From: Methanomassiliicoccaceae archaeon
Lineage (GTDB): Archaea; Thermoplasmatota; Thermoplasmata; Methanomassiliicoccales; Methanomethylophilaceae
Assembly (NCBI GenBank): GCA_031254685.1
Contig: JAIRTZ010000103.1
Location: 1-36,910, forward strand
Reading direction: 5' to 3'
Length of the DNA stretch: 36,910 nucleotides
Shown: positions 1-8,119 of the stretch, piece after piece
Position numbering within the stretch: the stretch's first letter is position 1
Layout of the letters: every line of letters starts with the position of its first letter
Translations under genes and position numbers: made by a program
The notes under the pieces: generated by a model
What the model was told of the DNA's origin: nothing
Databases searched by the model: none
What the model saw: only the letters and a program-made list of their open reading frames with translations

Positions 1-12
1 TACCGAAAGTGC

Positions 13-1335
13 TCACGGCGACAGTCTGCTCAGGTCCCTCGGGAAAAGGATCGCCTCGCGGACGTTCGGAAGGTCGAGCATCTTAACCAGCAGGCGTTCG
101 AGACCGATGCCCCATCCGCCGTGCGGGGGCATACCGTATTTGAACGCGTCGAGGTAGAAATCAAAGCTTTCCGGCACCAATCCTTTCTTCTTCATCCTTT
201 CAACGAGCTTATCATAACGGTGCTCGCGCTGGCCGCCGGATGAGATCTCCTGGCCCTTGTAGTCAAGGTCGAATGAGAATGAATACGGGGTCCCGTCCTT
301 TTCCATGATGTAGAACGGTTTCTCCGATTCCGGATATTCCGCGATCCAGTAGAGGTCGTTCCCTTTTTCGGACATTATCTCTCCGATGAGCTTTTCCCCC
401 TCGGTCCCCAGATCGTCGCCGTCCTTCAGCTCCATGCCTTTGCTCTTCAGCATCTTAAGGCATTCGGCGTACGTCAGGACCGGATAGGGAACGGACGGAA
501 CGTTGACCTCTTTTCCGAGGGTCTTCAGCTGTTTCTTCCCGCGTTCCCTCAATCCTTTCAAAATGTGGTCGACGATACGTTCGATCATCCTCATTACGTC
601 ATCCTGCGACGATATCCATGACATTTCGCCGTCAAACGATATGAACTCCGTGACGTGACGATTCGTATTCGAATGTTCGGCGCGGAATGCGGGACCGACC
701 TCGTAGATCCTGTCGAGCCCCGTGGACATCAGCATCTGTTTGTACAGCTGCGGCGACTGCGCTAAATAAGCGGGCCTTCCGAAATAGTCAATTTTGAAGA
801 GGCTGGAGCCGCCTTCGGCACCGGCCTCGACGATCTTCGGCGTGAACACCTGCGAGAAATCGTTCTTCGTCATCACTTCGTTCAGAAGCTCCAGCATCAG
901 CGATTTCAATTCGAATATCGCACGTATCTCCGGCTTACGGAGATCGATGAACCTGTTGTTCAGCCTCGTGTCCATCTCCGTGTTGACCTTATCCACGACG
1001 CCCATGGGCAACGGGACGGCGGCCGGCGAATGCAGTACGAACGACGTCGGGATCACCTCAAGCCCGAGTTCCGTCTGATCGCTCCTCTTCACGTCGCCGG
1101 TGACCGATATGACGGATTCTCTGGACAGCGTTGTCAGGGATTCGAACAGCTGCGGCTCTATCTTCTTTTTCGGAAGCGTGATCTGGACCGTTCCGCAACG
1201 GTCACGGAGTATGACGAATGAAATCCCGCCGAGATTGCGAATATCCTGTACCCATCCGCTGACAGTGACGACGGTGTCGTCCGCCGTTATTGTGCCCGAG
1301 TTCCTGTTGACGCTCATATTAACGTTCACTGTCAT
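13..1335 (-). CDS. aspS: Aspartate--tRNA ligase, archaeal/eukaryotic type (class IIb)
   Basis: 440-aa ORF. N-terminal OB anticodon-binding region (VSGWVQDIRNLGGISFVILRD). Class II catalytic motifs FRAEHSNTNRHVTEF, GGQREH and GMPPHGGWGIGLERL. TGA stop. Alternative start at Met7 (1317). Confidence 0.93.
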   Translation of the reverse strand: MTVNVNMSVNRNSGTITADDTVVTVSGWVQDIRNLGGISFVILRDRCGTVQITLPKKKIEPQLFESLTTLSRESVISVTGDVKRSDQTELGLEVIPTSFVLHSPAAVPLPMGVVDKVNTEMDTRLNNRFIDLRKPEIRAIFELKSLMLELLNEVMTKNDFSQVFTPKIVEAGAEGGSSLFKIDYFGRPAYLAQSPQLYKQMLMSTGLDRIYEVGPAFRAEHSNTNRHVTEFISFDGEMSWISSQDDVMRMIERIVDHILKGLRERGKKQLKTLGKEVNVPSVPYPVLTYAECLKMLKSKGMELKDGDDLGTEGEKLIGEIMSEKGNDLYWIAEYPESEKPFYIMEKDGTPYSFSFDLDYKGQEISSGGQREHRYDKLVERMKKKGLVPESFDFYLDAFKYGMPPHGGWGIGLERLLVKMLDLPNVREAILFPRDLSRLSP

Positions 1336-1381
1336 CGCGCTTTAAGATAAATACATGACGTGCGCGTCAAACACCCGTCAG

Positions 1382-1423
1382 AAAAAAATGAAAGCCCGCA
1401 GACCCTGCCGCGAGGGTCTGCGG
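1382..1423 (-). terminator. Hairpin plus oligo-T terminator downstream of the 1440..1967 gene
   Basis: On the minus strand, a perfect 11-bp GC-rich stem (1396-1406 / 1413-1423, 6-nt loop) begins 16 nt after the TAA stop. It is followed 7 nt later by a T7 run (A7 at 1382-1388 on the plus strand). Confidence 0.6.
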
Positions 1424-1439
1424 AATGTTTATTCAATGA

Positions 1440-1967
1440 TTATGATGATGGATGATTATGATCGTGGGACGAGTCGGCTTTGAACGACTTGCCGCTCATC
1501 AGTTTGTTGAATATGTCCACGATATCATCATCTATCTCGCCTTTGTCCAAATGGTTGGTGTGCAATACGAATACGCCCTTCGTGAGGGTCCCTTCTGTGG
1601 TGCTGTTGGCAAAGGTCTTGGCATACGCTTCTGCGGACTCGCCGTTCTTGAACTCATAGATGGTGACCTTCTGGTTGTGACCCACCTCTGTGAAGCTGAA
1701 CGAGAAACCGCTGACCGCATCCGCAGGGAGCGCGGATGTAGCTATGTCTGTGGTGTGGTAATGCGCATCGTTGAGGGAATTCTTCATCGAGTCCATCGAG
1801 ACCGGCGTCGGCTGGAGCATGAACCAGGCGACCAGGAGGATCGCCACTATGCCGGCGATCCCTATCCCCACGTGCAGCATCTTTTTCTTATTATTCACTA
1901 TTTTCGCTTCTTCCTGAGCGGCCCTTTCTTTTTGTCTTTTTGACTTGGGGCCCGTTGAACTGCTCAT
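1440..1967 (-). CDS. Hypothetical single-pass membrane protein: basic N-terminus, one TM helix, extracytoplasmic domain, His-rich C-terminus
   Basis: 175-aa ORF. Lys/Arg-rich N-terminus, then hydrophobic helix LHVGIGIAGIVAILLVAWFML. C-terminus SSHDHNHPSS. Terminator-like hairpin downstream. The opposite-strand ORF 1452..1943 looks like a shadow. I recognise no family. Confidence 0.55.
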   Translation of the reverse strand: MSSSTGPKSKRQKERAAQEEAKIVNNKKKMLHVGIGIAGIVAILLVAWFMLQPTPVSMDSMKNSLNDAHYHTTDIATSALPADAVSGFSFSFTEVGHNQKVTIYEFKNGESAEAYAKTFANSTTEGTLTKGVFVLHTNHLDKGEIDDDIVDIFNKLMSGKSFKADSSHDHNHPSS

Positions 1968-2137
1968 TGTCTTCTCCTCTCACTCAGCATATTCCGAAAG
2001 TTAATAACAGTTACGGGAAACAACATCGGCGGACGCATTGTTGTTAACGGCGAGTAATATTAAGTATCAGCAGCGTGTTAACAATTATCACGATTCGCGG
2101 CCGGATACCGAACGGCCGTTCAGGATCAGAATATCAT

Positions 2138-3700
2138 ATGGGGAGATATGTAAAAATGAGAACGATCACAAAATTGATCCCGGCGGCGGTCGCGGCGCTC
2201 ATGGTGATTTCCATGACGTCGGTATTCGCTTCCGCTGAAGGGGACGGGGAATGGGACGGCGAGATAATTTTCGAGAAGGACACCGGTGAGGATATCATGA
2301 ATACGTTAGCCGGCGTGACGGCGGTGCCCGGCGGCTATATCGCTGTCGGGTCCTCGATCGATCTGAACAATTGGACATCCACCGCGTTCATCGTGAAATT
2401 CAATAATGACGGGGAACTTGCTTGGGAATCGACCTTCGACGACGATGACTGCGAACTGACCGGAGTAACGGCCGTGTCGGGCGGTGCGGTCGCGGTCGGG
2501 AGGATGGCGGCGAACGCATGGATCATGAAATTAGCTACGAACGGCAGTATCGAATGGAAAAAGGAATACACCGGCGCTGAAGAACGCTATCTCTTCGCAG
2601 ACGTAGCCGCCGTCGGCGACGGCGTCGTCGCAGTCGGTTCGGCGGGGAACACCGCTGTCTGCGGTGCGATCGTCGTGAGATACGACGCGGCAGGAAATGT
2701 CGAGTGGGATAAGGACATCGGCGACGACAAGAACTACCGGCTTGACGCGGTCGGGGTCATATCCGACCGGATCTTCGCCGCGGGGACACACTGGGCGTTC
2801 GTCGGGCCCGATACAGGATCGTTCCTGGTGAAGCTCGATGACAATGATGACGGCAGGATAATATGGAAAAAGGAATCTGACAGGACGGGGCTGTTCTCAG
2901 GGATCGCAGAGGTATCCGGCGGCATCATCATCACCGCGGCCGACAAGTCCGAGGGATACGATAAAGCGGCACTCTTAAAATTCGATCACGACGGCATCCT
3001 TGTGTGGGAGGAAGGCCTCGGCGATGACAGGGAGTCCGTATTTTACGGAATGACGATCGTTTCGGACGGCATCATCGCTGTCGGCACGTACAAAACGGAC
3101 CGTTCCGATCCAATCATGTTCCCGGTGATCGTGAAATACAAAAATGACGGCACACTTGAGTGGGAAAATACATTCGACATCGGCATCGCGGGCGTGTTCC
3201 GCGGGATAGCGGTATCGCCCGCCGGTATCGTCGTTGTAGGGATGAGTGTCGACGAGTCCTTCTCCATATCCGCGGCCGCTATGCTCTTTCCCGGAGATGA
3301 CACCGGTACGACGGTCATTCCCGTATCGGGGATAACCGGGATACCGTCGACGGCGACCGTGGGAACGCTGACCCTGAACGGTACCGTGGCGCCGGCAGAT
3401 GCGACGAACAAGACGATAACGTGGGCGGTCAAGAGCGCAGGAACGACAGGCGCGTCCGTCGCGGGCAACGTATTGACGACGACCGCCGCCGGGACGGTAA
3501 CGGTAACGGCGACGGTGGCCGGCGGCACAGATGCCGGAACGGCGTACACGCAGGACTTCACCATCACGGTGAGCGGATCGCAGGGCCCGAAGACGGGCGA
3601 CGGTGACGGCGACAACGGTATCTCGGTCCTCATCGTGGCGCTGATAGCGGTGGCCGCCATAGCGGTGATCGCCGCCGTGCTGCTCGTCCGCCGCGGATAA
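2138..3700 (+). CDS. Exported surface protein: signal peptide, six beta-propeller-like repeats, Big_2-like Ig domain, C-terminal TM anchor
   Basis: Signal-like MRTITKLIPAAVAALMVISMTSVFASA. Six ~50-aa repeats each containing DG-x-hydrophobic-W-E/K (GELAWEST, GSIEWKKE, GNVEWDKD, GRIIWKKE, GILVWEEG, GTLEWENT). Big_2-like segment TLNGTVAPADATNKTITWAVKS...GTVTVTATVAGG. C-terminal GDGDGDNG plus hydrophobic helix plus RRG. The start could be ATG 2138 or 2156; the ORF-track start 2075 is unlikely. Confidence 0.7.
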   Translation: MGRYVKMRTITKLIPAAVAALMVISMTSVFASAEGDGEWDGEIIFEKDTGEDIMNTLAGVTAVPGGYIAVGSSIDLNNWTSTAFIVKFNNDGELAWESTFDDDDCELTGVTAVSGGAVAVGRMAANAWIMKLATNGSIEWKKEYTGAEERYLFADVAAVGDGVVAVGSAGNTAVCGAIVVRYDAAGNVEWDKDIGDDKNYRLDAVGVISDRIFAAGTHWAFVGPDTGSFLVKLDDNDDGRIIWKKESDRTGLFSGIAEVSGGIIITAADKSEGYDKAALLKFDHDGILVWEEGLGDDRESVFYGMTIVSDGIIAVGTYKTDRSDPIMFPVIVKYKNDGTLEWENTFDIGIAGVFRGIAVSPAGIVVVGMSVDESFSISAAAMLFPGDDTGTTVIPVSGITGIPSTATVGTLTLNGTVAPADATNKTITWAVKSAGTTGASVAGNVLTTTAAGTVTVTATVAGGTDAGTAYTQDFTITVSGSQGPKTGDGDGDNGISVLIVALIAVAAIAVIAAVLLVRRG

Positions 3701-3710
3701 ACACATTACC

Positions 3711-3740
3711 GGCGAGGGTCGCGCCTCGCCGTTAACTTTT
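3711..3740 (+). terminator. Short hairpin plus T4 after the surface-protein gene
   Basis: GGCGAGG-gtcgcg-CCTCGCC (3711-3730) lies 10 nt after the TAA stop and is followed by gttaacTTTT (3737-3740). It is a weak, short stem. Confidence 0.35.
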
Positions 3741-3833
3741 CATACGCTGCGTATACGAGCGCGGATATACGATGAAGCCAGCGGAAGATATTATTAAGAC
3801 CTGCGTGATAGTAGGGGCAGTAAAGGTGGGCAG

Positions 3834-4973
3834 ATGTCGGAGAAGATTACGGTTTCGGTCATCAAAGCGGATGTCGGTTCGGTGGTCGGCCATTCAAGGC
3901 CGCACCCGTCTATGTTGGACAAGTGCAGGGACGTCCTCGCGGAAGGCGCCAAGCAGGGAACGATAGAGGATTTCTATGTGACGAGGGTCGGCGATGACAT
4001 CAATCTGCTGATGACGCACCGCAAGGGCGAGAATCACAAGGATATTCACGGACTGGCGTGGAATGCGTTCATGGAGGCGACGAAGCTCGCCAAGAAAATG
4101 AAATTATACGCGGCCGGTCAGGACCTTCTGACGGATGCGTTCAGCGGAAATGTGAAGGGAGCGGGACCCGGTTCCGCGGAGATGCAGTTCACCGAGCGCG
4201 GCTCGGAACCGATGCTGTTCTTCATGGCCGATAAAACGGACCCTGCGGCATATTCGTTACCGCTGTCAAGGATATTCCTCGACCCGTTCACAACCACGGG
4301 ACTGGTCATAGACGCGAGGGCAAAGAAAGGGTTTGACGTTGAGATACACGACGTCCTCGATTCCAAGAAGGTCGTGATGTCGTCGCCCGAGGAGACGCTG
4401 AGCATGCTCAGCCTGCTCGGCGATACCACGAGATACGCGATCAAGAGGGTCACAAGCCGTTCGGGCGTCGGCCCCGCGGCCGTTGTCAGCACCGATAAAC
4501 TGAATCTCACCGCAGGCAAATACGTAGGAAAGGACGATCCGGTGTGCATATGCAGGTCGCAGAGCGGCCTTCCGGCCGTAGGCGAGTTCCTGCAGCCGTT
4601 CATGAAGCCGATGATAGTCGCCGGCTGGATGCGCGGCTCCCATCACGGCGCACTGTACCCGTGCGCCGTCGATGATTCCGATCCCACATACTTCGACGGT
4701 CCGCCCAGAGTGTGCTGCCTCGGATTCCAGCTGAACGAAGGAAAGTTCCAGGGCCTTGAGCCGATGGGCTCCAAGGCCGGAGCGCACCAGCCGATTGACT
4801 TCTTCAGCGGGAGCGAATGGAACGACGTCCGCATGGCATCCGTGAAGATCTGCAAGATGCTCAGGGAGCACGGTCCGTTCATGCCGGCGATCCTGTCGCC
4901 GGACGAGATGGAATATACGTCGAGGCCGGAAGTTCTGAAAGAACTGACAAAGAGGTTCGAAAAACTTGACTGA
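3834..4973 (+). CDS. fbp: Fructose-1,6-bisphosphate aldolase/phosphatase (class V FBPase, archaeal gluconeogenic enzyme)
   Basis: 379-aa ORF starting MSEKITVSVIKADVGSVVGHSRPHP, the characteristic N-terminus of this family. Length is typical. SD-like AGGTGG at 3824-3829. The stop overlaps the tpiA start. Confidence 0.93.
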   Translation: MSEKITVSVIKADVGSVVGHSRPHPSMLDKCRDVLAEGAKQGTIEDFYVTRVGDDINLLMTHRKGENHKDIHGLAWNAFMEATKLAKKMKLYAAGQDLLTDAFSGNVKGAGPGSAEMQFTERGSEPMLFFMADKTDPAAYSLPLSRIFLDPFTTTGLVIDARAKKGFDVEIHDVLDSKKVVMSSPEETLSMLSLLGDTTRYAIKRVTSRSGVGPAAVVSTDKLNLTAGKYVGKDDPVCICRSQSGLPAVGEFLQPFMKPMIVAGWMRGSHHGALYPCAVDDSDPTYFDGPPRVCCLGFQLNEGKFQGLEPMGSKAGAHQPIDFFSGSEWNDVRMASVKICKMLREHGPFMPAILSPDEMEYTSRPEVLKELTKRFEKLD

Positions 4974-5643
4974 GCCGTCACGCCCCGTGATCGTGGTGAA
5001 CTTCAAGGTCTACCGTGAGGTCGAGGGGACGAAGGCGCTGGATATCGCAAGGATCTGCGGATCGGTATCGAAAGGATCGGGCATATCGATCGCCGCGTGT
5101 CCTCCGATGACCGAATTGGGGAACATTGCGCGCAGCGTCGATATTCCCGTATTCTCGCAGAACGCCGACCCGTGCCTTCCGGGTTCGTCCACAGGATGGT
5201 CAACGCCGTCCATGATCAAGGCGGCCGGCGCCGCCGGGACGCTGATAAACCACGCCGAGCACAGACAGACGATAAGGAACATCTCGCAGGTCATAGAATT
5301 AAGCAGGGGATGCGGGCTTAAGACGATAGTCTGCGCCGACTCCGTCGGGGCGGCGGTGCGGATCGCGAGATTCGCCCCGGACATGATCGCCGTGGAACCT
5401 CCGGAGCTGATCGGCGGGGACGTCTCGGTCACGGACGCCGACCCGGCGATCGTGGAGAATACCGTCAGCGCGGTCAAAAAGGTCAATAAAGGGATATCCG
5501 TCCTTTGCGGCGCGGGCGTGAAAACAGGCAAGGATGTCAAAAAGGCCCTGGAGCTCGGGGCCGGCGGAGTACTGCTCGCATCCGGCGTGGTGAAAGCGAA
5601 GGACCCGCGCGAGGCCCTGCTGGACCTTGTCAGATACCTGTAG
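4966..5643 (+). CDS. tpiA: Triosephosphate isomerase, short archaeal type
   Basis: 225-aa ORF with VIVVNFKVY, LINHAEHR, AVEPPELIG and CGAGV motifs typical of archaeal TIM. The TTG start at 4966 overlaps the fbp stop; GTG at 4987 is an alternative. It ends in TAG (5641-5643) with an in-frame TAA at 5650-5652. Confidence 0.9.
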   Translation: MTEPSRPVIVVNFKVYREVEGTKALDIARICGSVSKGSGISIAACPPMTELGNIARSVDIPVFSQNADPCLPGSSTGWSTPSMIKAAGAAGTLINHAEHRQTIRNISQVIELSRGCGLKTIVCADSVGAAVRIARFAPDMIAVEPPELIGGDVSVTDADPAIVENTVSAVKKVNKGISVLCGAGVKTGKDVKKALELGAGGVLLASGVVKAKDPREALLDLVRYL

Positions 5644-5697
5644 TTAGACTAACTGTAATCGCCGTCCTTCAAGAACCATATGTGATATTTTCACGCA

Positions 5698-7689
5698 ATG
5701 AAAAGAATTGCCGCAATATTCGCGATCGTACTGATGTGCGCCGTACCGTTCCTCTCGGACGGGACGTCCGGCGCGAACAGCGAGAGCCTTTGGCTGTACG
5801 AGATAATGCCCGCGGGATCGTTCGAGGCCGTCACGCTATACAACGCCGGCGGCGTCACGCTGAATCTGAGGAACTATTATCTCGATGACGGCGAGGGCAC
5901 CGTCAAGTTCACCGCTGACATATTCATAATGCCCAAAGGTTTCGTCACCATCGCAAGCAAAACGCCCGAGGAATGGCTGACCGGCCGGAACGTATACGTT
6001 CACGGAACGTACGGGATAATCGCGAAGCAGTTCATACTGGCGGACGCCGGCGATGAGGTCATGCTGAGACGGGCATCCGATAAGCAGGTCATTGACGCGT
6101 TCGTCTACGGCAACGGGGACACGGAGACGCCGGGATGGAAAGGGGACGCGTTCCCCAAGATCTCGGCGGGGAAGATGGCGCTGCGGTGGTCCGCGTTCGA
6201 TACCGACACGGCGGCGGACTGGAAGATGTCCGTCGCCGGGCGCACAGAGGAGAAGATGGCGTCGTCCGGAATGTTCGACGCGTACGTTACTCCGTTCGCG
6301 TTCCCGGATTCCAAAGGCGATCCCGTGTTCACCGCGCTGGAGGGCGCATCGCGGGAGGTCCTGATATCCATGTATCTGCTTGACCACAAGGATATCGTAT
6401 CGTTACTGATGCTGCTTCTCGATAAAGGCGTTTCAGTGACGATACTCCTTGAGGGATCTCCTGTAGGGGGCGTCCCGGACACCGAGATACGTTATATGTC
6501 GGCGCTCCGCGAGAAGGGGGCGGAAGTGAACATGATCAAATCGAACGGCGTCTACAAACGTTATGATCTCGTGCACAACAAGTACGCGGTGGTCGATTCC
6601 GCGGTCGTGATCGTCACGTCGGAGAACTGGAGGGAATCGTCCTTCAACGGCAACAGGGGATGGGGCGCGGTGATGGAGTCGGATCGGCTTGCGGAATACA
6701 TGAGATATATTTTCTTTGCCGATAACGACACTTCAAGAATAGATATACACGATTTCAAGGACATTTATCCGAAGGCGGCCTCGATATCGCTCCCGTCCTA
6801 CAAGCACAGGCCGGAGTCCGGATATGAGACGTTCACGGCATCGGTGAAGCCGGTGTTCAGTCCGGACCTTTCGTTCGATTATCTGAAGCGCGAGATGTTG
6901 AGCGCTGCCGAAAGGATATACTCGGAACAGATGAGCATACAGTACGCGTGGACCGACGCCACCGTCGAATCGCCGCTGTCGTGGTCGCTCACGGCATCCG
7001 ACAGCGGCGTCGACGTGAAGATACTCGCGGATGTCACGTTCGCGGACGCCGACTCCGGCGCCAGGGACAACTATACGGCGGTGTCGCTGATCAACGATAT
7101 GGGGATCGAGGCGAGAACGATCGGCGGCGGCGAGAACTTCGGGCTGACGCACAACAAGGGCGTGATAATTGACGATACGGTATGGATATCGTCCGTGAAC
7201 TGGACCAACGCGGCTTTCATGAACAACAGGGAGTTCGCGGCGGTGATATATTCAAAGGATGTGGCAGACTTTTTCGCGGAATATTTCATATCGGACTGGG
7301 GGCCGGACATTGTCGTGGACATTGTCGTTGACGTGCGCGGAGGCACAGCGGGAGAGGCCATCGTCATCGACGCATCGTCGTCGGTATATCCCAAAGGGAC
7401 AGTATTCGAATGGGACATCGGCGACGGAACGGTGAGGAAGGGTGTGAAGATCGCGGCGCTGTTCCCGGCGGGGGCCACGGAATGTGTTCTCACCGTCACG
7501 ATACCGTCAGGGTCGGTGTACGAGCACGAATTCACCGTGACCGTACTCCCCCGTGACGGATCAAAGGAGGAGGCGTTCCTTGCACCATACGTTAAATATG
7601 CGCCCATCTTTGCGATATTGCTCATAATATTCGCCGCGGCTGTCGCCAGGGGGATCAGGGGAAAGAGAGATGATCGTAAGGGAATATGA
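5698..7689 (+). CDS. Exported phospholipase D-superfamily protein: signal peptide, lamin-tail (LTD)-like domain, two HKD domains, PKD-like domain, C-terminal TM anchor
   Basis: Signal-like MKRIAAIFAIVLMCAVPFLS. LTD-like LWLYEIMPAGSFEAVTLYNAGGVTLNLRNYYLDDGEG...DAGDEVML. Two HKD motifs, HNKYAVVDSAVVIVTSENW and HNKGVIIDDTVWISSVNWT. PKD-like VIDASSSVYPKGTVFEWDIGDGT. Hydrophobic C-terminal helix APIFAILLIIFAAAVA. Confidence 0.8.
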   Translation: MKRIAAIFAIVLMCAVPFLSDGTSGANSESLWLYEIMPAGSFEAVTLYNAGGVTLNLRNYYLDDGEGTVKFTADIFIMPKGFVTIASKTPEEWLTGRNVYVHGTYGIIAKQFILADAGDEVMLRRASDKQVIDAFVYGNGDTETPGWKGDAFPKISAGKMALRWSAFDTDTAADWKMSVAGRTEEKMASSGMFDAYVTPFAFPDSKGDPVFTALEGASREVLISMYLLDHKDIVSLLMLLLDKGVSVTILLEGSPVGGVPDTEIRYMSALREKGAEVNMIKSNGVYKRYDLVHNKYAVVDSAVVIVTSENWRESSFNGNRGWGAVMESDRLAEYMRYIFFADNDTSRIDIHDFKDIYPKAASISLPSYKHRPESGYETFTASVKPVFSPDLSFDYLKREMLSAAERIYSEQMSIQYAWTDATVESPLSWSLTASDSGVDVKILADVTFADADSGARDNYTAVSLINDMGIEARTIGGGENFGLTHNKGVIIDDTVWISSVNWTNAAFMNNREFAAVIYSKDVADFFAEYFISDWGPDIVVDIVVDVRGGTAGEAIVIDASSSVYPKGTVFEWDIGDGTVRKGVKIAALFPAGATECVLTVTIPSGSVYEHEFTVTVLPRDGSKEEAFLAPYVKYAPIFAILLIIFAAAVARGIRGKRDDRKGI

Positions 7690-8119
7690 TTTGCAGGATA
7701 CCGACCGTTTATACGAGATACTGTGTTCGTCGCTGGACCAATCGTTCGGGAGGGAGATGTTCTCGTACTTCCATCTGCAGTGGCCGGCAGGACAGCTCGT
7801 CGCGTGCGACTTCTCGGGGAGGCCGATAGGTTTTCTGTCGGCGTCCAAAATAGATATGTCGCATGCGAGGATAATGATGTTCGCGGTCGACCGCGATCAT
7901 CGTTCGTTCGGCGTCGGTTCCAAGCTGCTGATGCATCTGAAACGTGTGGCGATGATGAACGGGATCAAACACATATCGCTGGAGGTCCGTCCCACGAACA
8001 TGCGCGCGATCAATTTCTATCAGCGCCACGGTTTCACCGCCACCGAGGTCCTCCGTACGTATTACACCGACGGCGGCGACGCCGTCAGGATGGACCATAT
8101 CGCTCAGTTGAACATCTGA
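7670..8119 (+). CDS. GNAT family N-acetyltransferase (RimI-like)
   Basis: 149-aa ORF. Acetyl-CoA binding motif A region VDRDHRSFGVGSKLLMHL, followed by ISLEVRPTNMRAINFYQRHGF. It overlaps the preceding gene by 20 nt. Confidence 0.8.
   Translation: MIVREYDLQDTDRLYEILCSSLDQSFGREMFSYFHLQWPAGQLVACDFSGRPIGFLSASKIDMSHARIMMFAVDRDHRSFGVGSKLLMHLKRVAMMNGIKHISLEVRPTNMRAINFYQRHGFTATEVLRTYYTDGGDAVRMDHIAQLNI

Noticed and set aside
2975-3706. 243-aa and 205-aa minus-strand ORFs antisense to the surface-protein gene
   Set aside because: Their Arg/Gly-rich or Thr/Val/Pro-rich composition mirrors the Thr/Ala/Gly-rich Big_2 region on the plus strand. There is no start context or motif.
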